Of a DNA stretch of 49,961 nucleotides, positions 37,678 through 46,963 are shown piece after piece (position 1 is the first letter of the stretch; every line of letters starts with the position of its first letter). The DNA lies in assembly GCA_043820325.1 (NCBI GenBank), contig JBDREB010000019.1:1-49961 (forward strand), written 5' to 3'. The DNA comes from Planctomycetota bacterium. GTDB taxonomy: Bacteria > Planctomycetota > JBDREB01. Below the pieces are notes generated by a model that saw only the letters and a list, made by a program, of their open reading frames with translations, was not told the DNA's origin and ran no database searches. The translations under genes and the position numbers were made by a program.

Positions 37678-38232
37678 TTATATCTTTTCGACCTGCCAGA
37701 TCTCAAGCTCGACGGCGGTCGAACGGCCGAAAATGTTCATGGTCACGATCGCCTTGCCCTTATTGGGAAAGAGCTCGTTCACCACCGCCTCGTAGTCGGC
37801 GAACGCACCTTCCTTCACGCGCACGGAATCGCCCACCTTGAAATCGACTTTGATCACGCCCTCGTCACTGTCGGCGTCCTGCATGATATCCTTGATCTTG
37901 CGGACCTCATCGAGGCCGAGGGGCTCGGGTCGCTTGGTATCGGCGGAAACGAACCCGCTGACCCCGTCGGTGTTCATCACCAGGGTCCACGAGTCGTCGT
38001 TCACCTCCATCTCGATCATAATATAGCCGGGATAGAGCCGCTTTTCCTTGACCTTCTTGCGGCCATCCTTGAGCTCGGCGACCTTTTCCGTGGGGACCAG
38101 GATCTCACCGAAGTTCAGCTTGACCTCCTCGGGGGACTGGGCGATCATCAGCAGGATGTTCTCCCGGACCTCGTCCTCCTTGTTGGATATCACGCGCAGG
38201 GCGTACCATTTCTTCGTCTTTTCCGCCGTCAT
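37678..38232 (-). CDS. nusG: Transcription termination/antitermination factor NusG
   Basis: KWYALRVISNKEDEV (NGN domain) and a C-terminal KOW (GDSVRVKEGAFADYEAVV). Confidence 0.95.
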   Translation of the reverse strand: MTAEKTKKWYALRVISNKEDEVRENILLMIAQSPEEVKLNFGEILVPTEKVAELKDGRKKVKEKRLYPGYIMIEMEVNDDSWTLVMNTDGVSGFVSADTKRPEPLGLDEVRKIKDIMQDADSDEGVIKVDFKVGDSVRVKEGAFADYEAVVNELFPNKGKAIVTMNIFGRSTAVELEIWQVEKI

Positions 38233-38233
38233 A

Positions 38234-38653
38234 TCACTTCAATCCCAGCAAACCGCGCCAGATGCCGGCCATGAAGATCAGGTCAAAGGCGCCGGCGACA
38301 ATGCCGAAGAACACAATGACACCCACAATGACGAGTACGGAGTTCTTCAACTGCTCCCATGTGGGCCAGGTGACCTTTTTGGCTTCCCGGTCGACCCGGA
38401 CCAGGAAATCCACGGACCGTTCATGGAACAGGAGCACCCACAGGATCACGCCGATGCAGGCCAGGGCGACCAGGGACCCGATCACATGGCCCCAGTTGAA
38501 ATAGATATTGGCGTATTCCAGGCCGAAGAACGACCGGTTGACGAACCAGCCGTAGACGGCGTAGACCAAGGCGGCGCCGATGAGGCCGAGGAACACGCCC
38601 ATCAGCAGGCGCGTGTTGGTGCCCTGGTCCTTTTTCTTTATCGTCAGATCCAT
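38234..38653 (-). CDS. secE: Preprotein translocase subunit SecE (multi-TM form)
   Basis: The ORF-track start 38713 runs into tRNA-Trp. Trimmed to ATG 38651..38653 (MDLTIKKKDQ...). Hydrophobic segments plus the conserved C-terminal EAKKVTWPTWEQL + TM. Confidence 0.85.
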   Translation of the reverse strand: MDLTIKKKDQGTNTRLLMGVFLGLIGAALVYAVYGWFVNRSFFGLEYANIYFNWGHVIGSLVALACIGVILWVLLFHERSVDFLVRVDREAKKVTWPTWEQLKNSVLVIVGVIVFFGIVAGAFDLIFMAGIWRGLLGLK

Positions 38654-38683
38654 TCGGCTCTTTCCGTCAATCCCGGAGAAACA

Positions 38684-38760
38684 TGGCAGGTCAGGAGGGA
38701 TTCGAACCCCCAACCACCTGATTTGGAATCAAGCGCTCTGCCAGTTGGAGCTACTGACCT
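38684..38760 (-). tRNA. tRNA-Trp (anticodon CCA)
   Basis: Cloverleaf by eye: acceptor AGGTCAG/CTGACCT, anticodon loop TTCCAAA, T-arm GGGGG-TTCGAAT-CCCTC, encoded CCA end. Classical position upstream of secE. Confidence 0.88.
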
Positions 38761-38769
38761 GCGCCAAGT

Positions 38770-38922
38770 CTACTTTTTCCGCTGGTTGTGAACCGTGTGC
38801 GCGCGGCAGAACTTGCAGTACTTCTTGAGCTGCAGCCGTTCCGCGTTGCCGCCCACATCGCGCAGGATGGCATAGTTCCGGTTCTTGCAATTGGGGCACT
38901 CAAGCTGTACCGGCTTCTTCAC
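38770..38922 (-). CDS. rpmG: 50S ribosomal protein L33 (zinc-binding type)
   Basis: Not in the ORF track. GTG 38920..38922 (AAGGAG upstream) to TAG 38770..38772 gives (M)KKPVQLECPNCKNRNYAILRDVGGNAERLQLKKYCKFCRAHTVHNQRKK. Confidence 0.88.
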   Translation of the reverse strand: MKKPVQLECPNCKNRNYAILRDVGGNAERLQLKKYCKFCRAHTVHNQRKK

Positions 38923-38943
38923 GGTTCAGATACTCCTTTGTAC

Positions 38944-40140
<1,197 letters not shown>

Positions 40141-40193
40141 GACCAGCATCTCCTAATCTAAACCAATGATTCCATCTCGAAGATCGCAACAAA

Positions 40194-40266
40194 AGCTGCT
40201 GATGGGAGTTGAACCCATGACCTCATCCTTACCAAGGATGTGCTCTACCGACTGAGCTACAGCAGC
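40194..40266 (-). tRNA. tRNA-Thr (anticodon GGT)
   Basis: Acceptor GCTGCTG/CAGCAGC, D-arm AGCTCAGTCGGTAGAGC, anticodon loop TTGGTAA, T-arm ATGGG-TTCAACT-CCCAT; CCA is not encoded. Classical position upstream of tuf. Confidence 0.88.
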
Positions 40267-40364
40267 ATAACGGCCCGCGAGCGGCCGATGCCGTTCCTTC
40301 CCCGCGCCGCATGTCTCAATGCCTGCAACGACCGACACAACAAGCCGGGGAATAGAAAAATCAC

Positions 40365-40393
40365 CTATTATATGAAAAATAAGAATTAGTCAA
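40365..40393 (-). promoter_or_regulatory. Sigma70-like promoter with an AT-rich UP-like region for tRNA-Thr-tuf-...
   Basis: Minus strand reads aaaatattttccaaaataaat-TTGACT-aattcttatttttca-TATAAT-agg (15-nt spacer; alternatively 17 nt to TAATAG). Confidence 0.6.
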
Positions 40394-40520
40394 ATTTATT
40401 TTGGAAAATATTTTCACGCATCCCTCCTGATCGGGCGGTGCCGGGCCGGTCCGGCACCCCTCCTCCCGCCCCCCGCCGGCCGGAAAAACAATGGGCGCGG
40501 ACGCTTCCGCCCCCGGCCGT

Positions 40521-41399
40521 TCAGCGCCAGCGGCGGTGGAGCCAGAACCAATCCCCCGGATGCTCCCGGATGACCTTTTCGAACACGGCCGTGTAGGCCT
40601 GGGTGATCCGGGCGATCTCCCCGTCGCGGTCCCGCCCCTGGTCGGGCAGGATCGGGTCCATGATGAGCAGCCGGTGGCGGGCGGTGCCTTCCCGGACGGT
40701 CATAAGCGGGATGACCGGCACCCCGGTTTTCCAGGCAAAGGCGGCCGGCCCCTTGGGCGCCGTGCAGGACTTGCCGAAAAAATCCACGGTCACGCTTTCG
40801 CCGGCGATGTGCTGGTCGGCGACAATACCGAGGAATTCCCCCCGCCCCAGCCGCCGGAAGACCTGTTTCAGGGCGCCGTCCCGCGGGATGAGTTCGATCC
40901 CGACCGACCGCCGCATGGCGTTGATGAGGGCGTCGACCCGCGGATTGTGCTGAACGCCCGTGACATAAAAGAGCGGGATCCCCGAATAGGCCAGGGCCGC
41001 GCCGCAGATCTCCCACGAACCGCTGTGCATGGCGGCCAATACCGCGCCCCGGCCCTCCGCCGCCAGGCGGCGGATCGGCTCCAGCCCCTCCACGCGGATG
41101 TACCCCGCGTCAAAGACCGGGCGCAGCCGGCGGAAACGGAGGAATTCGAGCCCGGCCGCGGCGATGTTGAAATAGGCGCGCCAGGCAATCCGCACGGCCG
41201 CCGGCCGATCCACGCCCATGGCGGTCATGATCCGTACAACGGTCTCGCGGCGCCGCATGCGGAAGACCGCAAACCCCAGCCAGGCGATGAAACGGGCCGG
41301 GGGATGGGTCGCCCGGTAGGGCAGCAGGTTGACCGCCAGGTAGACCAGATAGAGCCCGGCGTATTCGATCGAATGTCTAAACCGCGAGCGTTTCTTCAA
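40521..41399 (-). CDS. Lipid A late acyltransferase family protein (LpxL/HtrB-like)
   Basis: N-terminal hydrophobic anchor, HX4E-type motif MHSGSWE, GIVADQH, TAPKGPAAFAWKTGVPVIP and the C-terminal FEKVIREHPGDWFWLHRRW typical of the family. Confidence 0.8.
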   Translation of the reverse strand: MKKRSRFRHSIEYAGLYLVYLAVNLLPYRATHPPARFIAWLGFAVFRMRRRETVVRIMTAMGVDRPAAVRIAWRAYFNIAAAGLEFLRFRRLRPVFDAGYIRVEGLEPIRRLAAEGRGAVLAAMHSGSWEICGAALAYSGIPLFYVTGVQHNPRVDALINAMRRSVGIELIPRDGALKQVFRRLGRGEFLGIVADQHIAGESVTVDFFGKSCTAPKGPAAFAWKTGVPVIPLMTVREGTARHRLLIMDPILPDQGRDRDGEIARITQAYTAVFEKVIREHPGDWFWLHRRWR

Positions 41400-42699
41400 G
41401 GGTAAGCCCCCCTTCGAACAGACAGAGGACCGGTGTCGGTCCGGCGGCCAGCGTATCGGCCGGCGGCAATTCCGCGCCCCGGGCCGACCACACGCGTGAC
41501 GGGACCCGGGCCAGCTCCACCCGCCGGGGACCGTGCAGGGACCAGACCGCCACCAGCGTGTCGGCCGGCCCCCGGAAGGCCGCGGCCACCAGGTCGCCCC
41601 GCCGCCGCAGACCGGCGTTCACGCGGCCGGGCAGCAGGCGCGCCAGGGTCCGGAACGCGTCGTACCCGGGCCGGAGGCGGAAGGCGCCGTCGCGGTCGTC
41701 GATAAGGCCGTACCCGTGCGCGGCCAGTTCCCACCAGACGATCCGTTCGGGTATGCCGGTCGCGAACGCCAGCAGGTAATACCGCGCCAGGTAGTCGGCG
41801 CAGGTCTCCTCGGAAACGCGCACCGCGGCGCCGGCCGGCGCGTATCGGCCCGTGCCGCACAGCGGCCAATTGACCTCCGTGACCCACAGCGGCCGCGCCC
41901 CGCATCCATTGGCGTCGGCTACGGCCCGCATCAGCCGGAGCTTGCCGCCGAGATCGTACCGGCCCCACCCCTGGGGCCGCTCGGGCATGCCGCGGCGGTC
42001 GACATAGAGCAGTGTGTTGATGACATCAAAGAGGTCGGGGCCGGTCCGGTGCAGGATCGCGTCGAGGTAATGGGGCTCGAAATCGAGCACCCCGGGACCG
42101 ATGAAACGCAACTCCCCCGACTGCCCGGTCCGGCTCCGCCGGGCGAAGGCCGCGTACTCGCCCGGGGTCCGGAACCCCCATTTTTTACGGTTGCTGCCGT
42201 GCCCGATCTGGATGAAGGCGGCCAGCGGCGCGGCCGCCGCGGTGATCCGGTCGAACCGCCGCTGCCAGAGGGCCGGGTCGATCACGCTGGCGCGGTCCTG
42301 GACCACGGCCACCACCACGCGTTCCCGCGGCAGGCCGAAGGAGCGGATGAAATCCATCTCCGCCTCCAGGGTCGCCTCCTCCCAGACCAGCACGCGGCAG
42401 AGCAGGGTGCCGGCGCCCGAAGCCTGCCAGGCCGCCCGCAGCCGGGCCAGATCGGGCGCGGCGGGATCGAACGAGACGGCCAGCCCCATGGCGGCCGGGT
42501 CGACCGCGCGGGCGGGCGTGGCCCGCTCCAGGGCGCGGTACCGCCGCAGAACACCGGGAAGATGGAAGGCGTTGCGGCACACCATGGCCGTCATGGGCAG
42601 GAGATCGCCGACCCCGGAGAGGAAGTTGGATACCCGCCCCCCCAGCTGGACCGGCTGGGCCGAACGCCGGTCCCATTCGAAGCCGCGGCTACGGGCCAT
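41377..42699 (-). CDS. Hypothetical protein, possibly glycoside-hydrolase-like (TIM barrel)
   Basis: 440-aa ORF in an operon-like position. RPLWVTEVNWP resembles the nucleophile strand of clan GH-A enzymes (weak, memory-based). Overlaps the next gene by 23 nt. Confidence 0.4.
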   Translation of the reverse strand: MARSRGFEWDRRSAQPVQLGGRVSNFLSGVGDLLPMTAMVCRNAFHLPGVLRRYRALERATPARAVDPAAMGLAVSFDPAAPDLARLRAAWQASGAGTLLCRVLVWEEATLEAEMDFIRSFGLPRERVVVAVVQDRASVIDPALWQRRFDRITAAAAPLAAFIQIGHGSNRKKWGFRTPGEYAAFARRSRTGQSGELRFIGPGVLDFEPHYLDAILHRTGPDLFDVINTLLYVDRRGMPERPQGWGRYDLGGKLRLMRAVADANGCGARPLWVTEVNWPLCGTGRYAPAGAAVRVSEETCADYLARYYLLAFATGIPERIVWWELAAHGYGLIDDRDGAFRLRPGYDAFRTLARLLPGRVNAGLRRRGDLVAAAFRGPADTLVAVWSLHGPRRVELARVPSRVWSARGAELPPADTLAAGPTPVLCLFEGGLTLEETLAV

Positions 42700-42702
42700 G
42701 GT

Positions 42703-43818
42703 TCAGGGACCCGGGGTCAACCGGGCCGTGCCGGCGCCCGGGGACTGCAGGAGGGTGCGCACCGCTTCCATCACGGCGGCCGGTTCAATGCGCTCCATCA
42801 GGCCCGTGTCCCGCACATAGGGCCGGGTCTGGCGGGCGACATGCTCGGGGGAGGCCACGATATTGATGCCCCGCCCCGTGGCACAGGCATAGGCCCCGTT
42901 GCGCCAGGGCAGGGTGGGGCCGAACAGAAAGACCGACGGCACGCCGGCATGGAAGGCCATCTGCGTGGGTCCGCTGTCATGGCCGACAAAAAGACGGGCG
43001 CGCTTGACCAGGGCCGCGAACCGGCCCAGTCCCATGCGCGGCAGCACCCGCGGCGGCCGCGGCCCGGCCGTGCGCGCGGCGATCGTGGCGCACAGCGCCT
43101 GCTCCACCTCGCTGCCGCCGGCCAGAAGCACGGCGCAGGGGAATTCCCCGGCCATGAGTTCGCACAGCCGGGCGAACCGGTCGGCCGGCCACTGTTTGTT
43201 CGCGCGGCTGACCCCGGGGTGGACCAGGATGAAAGTTGCGGCCCCGGTCCCGGCCGTGTGATCCCGGATAAGGGCCGCGGCGAAGGTTTCGTCCTCCGCG
43301 GTGGTATGGAGGCCCGGGATATCCAGGACCGTTTCGATCCCGAAATGGCCGAGCAGGGCCAGGTTCTGGCGGGCGACATGCACGCCCGCGGGCGGGACGA
43401 TGCGGTGGGTCGTGAAGAACCAGTTGAGTTCCCGGCAGTTCAGCCCCCCGAACCCCACCACCGCGGCGGCGCCGCTGGCGCGGGCCACCAGGCCGCTCTT
43501 GGCCAGCCCCTGCAGGTCGATCGCCGTGTCGAAGCGGTGGGAGCGCAGCTGCCGCTTCATGCCGCGGTACCAGCGCCAGCCGCCGACCAAACCGCAACCG
43601 CGGCCCACATCGATCACCGCGTCCAGGTCCGGGTCGGATGCCAGCAGGTCGGCGGCCGTCTGCACCGCCCAGGCAATATAGGCCGTGGGGAACCGGCGGC
43701 GGAGCGCCCGCGCCACGGGCAGCGCGTGCAGGATATCGCCCAGGGCGGTCAACTTTACGATCAGGATGCGGGGGGCGGCGGCCGGTGCATGAGTACCGAC
43801 CGGCGGGGAGTCGTTCAT
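42703..43818 (-). CDS. Glycosyltransferase family 9 (LPS heptosyltransferase-like)
   Basis: ILIVKLTALGDILHALPVARAL... and C-terminal LFVGHDSGPTQMAFHAGVPSVFLFGPT. Confidence 0.85.
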   Translation of the reverse strand: MNDSPPVGTHAPAAAPRILIVKLTALGDILHALPVARALRRRFPTAYIAWAVQTAADLLASDPDLDAVIDVGRGCGLVGGWRWYRGMKRQLRSHRFDTAIDLQGLAKSGLVARASGAAAVVGFGGLNCRELNWFFTTHRIVPPAGVHVARQNLALLGHFGIETVLDIPGLHTTAEDETFAAALIRDHTAGTGAATFILVHPGVSRANKQWPADRFARLCELMAGEFPCAVLLAGGSEVEQALCATIAARTAGPRPPRVLPRMGLGRFAALVKRARLFVGHDSGPTQMAFHAGVPSVFLFGPTLPWRNGAYACATGRGINIVASPEHVARQTRPYVRDTGLMERIEPAAVMEAVRTLLQSPGAGTARLTPGP

Positions 43819-43861
43819 ACCGTGCGTCCCGGGCGTGGCAGGAGGGGTGACCGGGGCGCTT

Positions 43862-45067
43862 TCAATGGGCCATAGGAGCGTCGCCGATGTTGGTGTCGAA
43901 ATAGCGGCGCAGGGCCAGCATCAGCCCTTCCGACCGTTCGACATTGTTCAGGAAATAAGCGGGCACGGTCTTCTTCAGCCGTTCCAGCTCCTCGGCCTGG
44001 TTTTCGATATACTTCATCGGCGCCTCCTTGAAGCGCGCCCAGTCGGCCACATTCACGGAAAGGTAGCGGTCGAGTTCCGTTTTCATGTCGCTCCACTCCC
44101 GGACGCGCCAGTCCAGGAACCGGGCGACTTCCTCGTTCAGCTGCCGGGCGTGTGCGGACTGGATGCTGAAATAGTCCTGAAAATCGTTCACCAGCCGGCC
44201 CGTGGTCGCGATGTTGCGCGCCGCGTAACAGTGGATCTCCTTGACCAGGTCGGAGATCTCCAGGTTCGTCCACAGGTACCGGCCCGAAGACCGCCCGAGT
44301 TCCTGGAGCATTTCTTCGGTGTTGTATTTGACAAACTTCATCGCTGACCGGGACAGCTCCCGGGGCTTCTCATCCAGCTGGTAGGAGAACATCTTGTTGG
44401 TGTCATCGGTCAGGGCGCTGAAATCCTGCGCCACCTTGTCGAAGTACCGCGCCGTGGCGCCGGGGATGGCCTTGGAATTCTCCACCTGCCAGGCAAAGAA
44501 GCTCTCCACGTCGACGGAGAGGTTCCCCGCCAGCGCCATATTCACCCGGTCGTACCGTTTGAGGGCCTCGACGACCTGGTGGGTCTCCGCCTTGCGTTGT
44601 ACCATGAAGCGGCGGTAATCCTCGTGCAACTGGGGCAGGTCGACCTCCATCGGGATCCGGCCGTAACGGTTGGCCTCCTCGATCATGATCCGGCTCTGGG
44701 TGACCAGGTGCTCATTGAGGAACACGACGATCTCGCCGGGCACCTTCTGGGCCTGGAGGATCTGGGCCTCGGCGTATTCACGGGTCACATAGGCCAGCGG
44801 ACCGACCTCGCTCATGTAGAACGCAAGGTAGTCGGCGATCTCCTGCTGCAGGGGGCCGTTGAGCTCGGCCGTTGCCCGGGTGACCTCGCGCTTCACGGAG
44901 GCGGCAAAGAGCGTCAAATCCTCGGGCGTGGCCTTGAAAAAATGCCGCGCGTCGGTCTGGACCCCCGGGGCCCGGCCCCCGCATCCGGGCATGACCAGGG
45001 CCGCGGCAAGCATGACGCATCCCGCCACAAGCAAGCTTTTTCCGGTCAAGCGACACTCCTCATGCAT
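43862..45067 (-). CDS. Hypothetical lipoprotein
   Basis: Trimmed to ATG 45065..45067: MHEECRLTGKSLLVAGCVMLAAALVMPGCGG (signal peptide plus lipobox-like PGC). I recognised no family for the rest. A consensus promoter lies immediately upstream. Confidence 0.6.
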   Translation of the reverse strand: MHEECRLTGKSLLVAGCVMLAAALVMPGCGGRAPGVQTDARHFFKATPEDLTLFAASVKREVTRATAELNGPLQQEIADYLAFYMSEVGPLAYVTREYAEAQILQAQKVPGEIVVFLNEHLVTQSRIMIEEANRYGRIPMEVDLPQLHEDYRRFMVQRKAETHQVVEALKRYDRVNMALAGNLSVDVESFFAWQVENSKAIPGATARYFDKVAQDFSALTDDTNKMFSYQLDEKPRELSRSAMKFVKYNTEEMLQELGRSSGRYLWTNLEISDLVKEIHCYAARNIATTGRLVNDFQDYFSIQSAHARQLNEEVARFLDWRVREWSDMKTELDRYLSVNVADWARFKEAPMKYIENQAEELERLKKTVPAYFLNNVERSEGLMLALRRYFDTNIGDAPMAH

Positions 45068-45082
45068 AGAATGTACCCGATG

Positions 45083-45111
45083 ATTATACCGCTCTCCCTG
45101 AAAAATGTCAA
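45083..45111 (-). promoter_or_regulatory. Perfect consensus sigma70 promoter
   Basis: Minus strand reads TTGACA-tttttcagggagagcgg-TATAAT (17-nt spacer), about 15 nt upstream of the lipoprotein ATG. Confidence 0.7.
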
Positions 45112-45121
45112 CCACTTTTTC

Positions 45122-45143
45122 AAAACCCCTTGACGAACAGGGG
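45122..45143 (-). terminator. Weak terminator-like hairpin after the metallophosphoesterase gene
   Basis: Minus-strand RNA has CCCCU-(8-nt loop)-AGGGG followed by UUUUG. Only a 5-bp stem. Confidence 0.3.
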
Positions 45144-45165
45144 CCGACGGGCTCCGATCCAGGGG

Positions 45166-45909
45166 TCAACCCGACGGTCCTTCCCACACCAAAACCGGCG
45201 TAAAACCCGCCTGGTCGGCCGCCACCAGCCGGCAGGCCGCCCCGCCGGCGGCCAGGCCGGCCGTCCCCGCATGGCCGGGCCCGTGGACATGGCCGAAAAC
45301 ACACAGGTCGATCCGGTACCGCTCAAGCAGGCCCGCCGCCCGGCCGGGCGTGCCATCGGCGCCCACGGGCGGGAAATGGAGCAGTGCCACCCGGGGCGCG
45401 GCCCCGGCCGGCAGGGCGGCGAGGCTCAGTTCCAGCCGGTGCATCTCCCGCGCCAGAAGCCGTTCCCGTTCAGCCGGGTCCTCGGCCCGCGGCTCCGGGT
45501 CCGCGGCGACCGCCCCCGGCCAGGCGACGGCCGGGTCGTTCCAATACCGGGTACCGGCAAAGCCCGCCCCATCGATCAGGCAGGCATCATTGTTGATAAT
45601 GAATATACCCGGCGGCAGGACCGCCCGCACCTTGGCGGCCGACTGCCACCAGTAATCATGGTTGCCCCGCACCAGCACCTTACGGCCCGGCCGGGCGGCG
45701 AGCCAGACCAGGTCATCCCGGACATCGGCCAGGCGCATGGCCCACGAAAGGTCCCCCGGCACCAGCACCACATCCCCGGCCGCCACGGTCGCATCCCAGG
45801 CCCGGGCGATCCGCGCCGCATGGTCGCGCCATGCTTCACCGAAAATGTCCATGCTCTTGCCCGTCCCCCCCGGCAGGTGCAGATCGCCGATGGACCAGAT
45901 CATGGGCAT
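45166..45909 (-). CDS. Calcineurin-like metallophosphoesterase
   Basis: Motifs GDLHL, VPGDLSW, GNHDYWW, LLHFPP and FGHVHGPG. Start at 45909 (MPMIWS) or 45903 (MIWS). Confidence 0.8.
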   Translation of the reverse strand: MPMIWSIGDLHLPGGTGKSMDIFGEAWRDHAARIARAWDATVAAGDVVLVPGDLSWAMRLADVRDDLVWLAARPGRKVLVRGNHDYWWQSAAKVRAVLPPGIFIINNDACLIDGAGFAGTRYWNDPAVAWPGAVAADPEPRAEDPAERERLLAREMHRLELSLAALPAGAAPRVALLHFPPVGADGTPGRAAGLLERYRIDLCVFGHVHGPGHAGTAGLAAGGAACRLVAADQAGFTPVLVWEGPSG

Positions 45910-46126
45910 TGCCGATTGTGGATTGCGGATTGCGGATTGCGGATATGATGGCGACGACCGGTGACCGACATGCGGCAATTATGCCGTTCAGCACACGGGG
46001 TTCGCGGGAACCGTGGGAATTGCCGATTGCCAATTGCCGATTGCCGATTGAAGATATGATGGCGACGACCGGCATTCGATGTGCGGCAATGATCCCATGC
46101 GCCCCGTGGGATTCGCGGGGGTTTCC
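45908..46126. repeat. Two tandem units of about 111 bp, each headed by five ATTGCSG-type heptamers
   Basis: Heptamer arrays at 45908..45942 (attgccg attgtgg attgcgg x3) and 46019..46053 (attgccg attgcca attgccg x2 attgaag). Both are followed by atatgatggcgacgaccgg... and a GC hairpin. Confidence 0.8.
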
Positions 46127-46145
46127 GATCTGAAATCTTAAATCT

Positions 46146-46301
46146 GACGGAGTCGCAAAAAGTCAATTCCCCCTCTTCTGGAGGGACGCGCTCCGTCGCG
46201 TCCGTTTTTGTTCCTCCTATGAACGGCATCCCCGGCCACGACAGAGCGTGGCCCTCCATAGTGGAATCGGACCCTTGAAATCGACTTTTTGCGACTCCGT
46301 C
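46146..46301. repeat. 156-bp element bounded by a perfect 19-nt inverted repeat related to the arms at 1319..1514
   Basis: GACGGAGTCGCAAAAAGTC (46146..46164) pairs with GACTTTTTGCGACTCCGTC (46283..46301). The interior is unrelated to element 1 but has hairpins GGACGCG-ctccgt-CGCGTCC and GCCACG-acagag-CGTGGC. Confidence 0.8.
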
Positions 46302-46465
46302 CAATCTGCAATCTGCAATCTGCAATCGGCAATGATCTCGCGCGGTATCTGTGGGCAATCCGACTGGTGGGTACAAAGCAGGGGCGAAAGATTGGCGACC
46401 TCCGAACCGCGATCCTTGATCGGGGATTTCCAATCTGCAATCTGCAATCGGCAATCGGCAATTCA
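46302..46465. repeat. Two arrays of five heptamers in the opposite orientation (CAATCKG), 129 bp apart
   Basis: 46302..46336: caatctg x3, caatcgg, caatgat. 46431..46465: caatctg x2, caatcgg x2, caattca. The last array abuts the arfB stop codon. Confidence 0.8.
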
Positions 46466-46810
46466 TCAGTCCCACGCCTTCCCCGACCGGCCGGCCTTGA
46501 ACCCGCTGCGGCGGCGCTTGGTCGAAAGCCGGTCCTCGCGCGAGCCGGCCGTCGGCCGCGTGCGGAAGCGTTTTTTGCGCGGCCGGTTCAGCACCTCCAG
46601 CTTTTCGGCCAGCCGCTTGAGCGCGATCTGCCGGTTCTCCGCCTGGCTCCGCGTCTCCGCGCACCGGACCGTGATCCCGCTGGGCGGGTGGACCATCCGC
46701 ACCGCCGTCTCCACCTTGTTGCGGTGCTGGCCCCCCGGGCCCGAGGCGCGGTAGAACGCCATTTCCACCTCGCGCGCGAGCTGGTCAAGGTCGGTCGAAT
46801 ACCGGGGCAT
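46466..46810 (-). CDS. arfB: Alternative ribosome-rescue factor ArfB (peptidyl-tRNA hydrolase, YaeJ-type)
   Basis: Trimmed to ATG 46808..46810: [39 protein letters not shown]... plus an Arg/Lys-rich C-terminal tail; 114 aa. Confidence 0.85.
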   Translation of the reverse strand: MPRYSTDLDQLAREVEMAFYRASGPGGQHRNKVETAVRMVHPPSGITVRCAETRSQAENRQIALKRLAEKLEVLNRPRKKRFRTRPTAGSREDRLSTKRRRSGFKAGRSGKAWD

Positions 46811-46901
46811 GGTCAGTCCTCCGTCATCGGAAACTTCCATTATACCGACCGGCATTCGATTGCAAGGCCAAAACGCCCGCCGCGGCCATGGCAGAGGTTC
46901 G
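46651..46901. repeat. Direct repeat copy 1 (5' part of arfB plus its upstream region); partner is 48833..49083
   Basis: Colinear alignment by eye. 7 differences in the 160 coding nt, with the first ~90 nt identical. The upstream ~90 nt are more diverged but keep TTGCAA-N15-TATAAT and GGCCATGGCAGAGGTTCG. Confidence 0.85.
46839..46865 (-). promoter_or_regulatory. Sigma70-like promoter of arfB
   Basis: Minus strand reads TTGCAA-tcgaatgccggtcgg-TATAAT (15-nt spacer), about 28 nt upstream of the ATG. Confidence 0.5.
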
Positions 46902-46963
46902 CTCCTGCCGGGGTTCAAAGCCGCGTTTATTCGGGTGTTGTGGATCAATTGTAAGGACTTCCG

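Noticed and set aside
40414-41016. 200-aa minus-strand ORF overlapping the LpxL-type gene in another frame.
   Set aside because: It is an Arg/Pro/Gly-rich shadow frame. The overlapping 40521..41399 frame carries the acyltransferase motifs.
45908-46465. Possible CRISPR array, given the regularly spaced repeats.
   Set aside because: There are only two units per orientation. The repeats are themselves heptamer arrays, the inter-repeat segments are homologous to each other rather than unique spacers, and no cas genes are nearby.
45831-46664. ORFs through the repeat field (for example 45836..46075, 45900..46664 and 46138..46461), with translations such as IADCGLRIADCG and LQSAICNLQSA.
   Set aside because: The peptide periodicity simply mirrors the 7-bp DNA repeats. 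The ORFs exist in several frames and on both strands, and they have no plausible start context.
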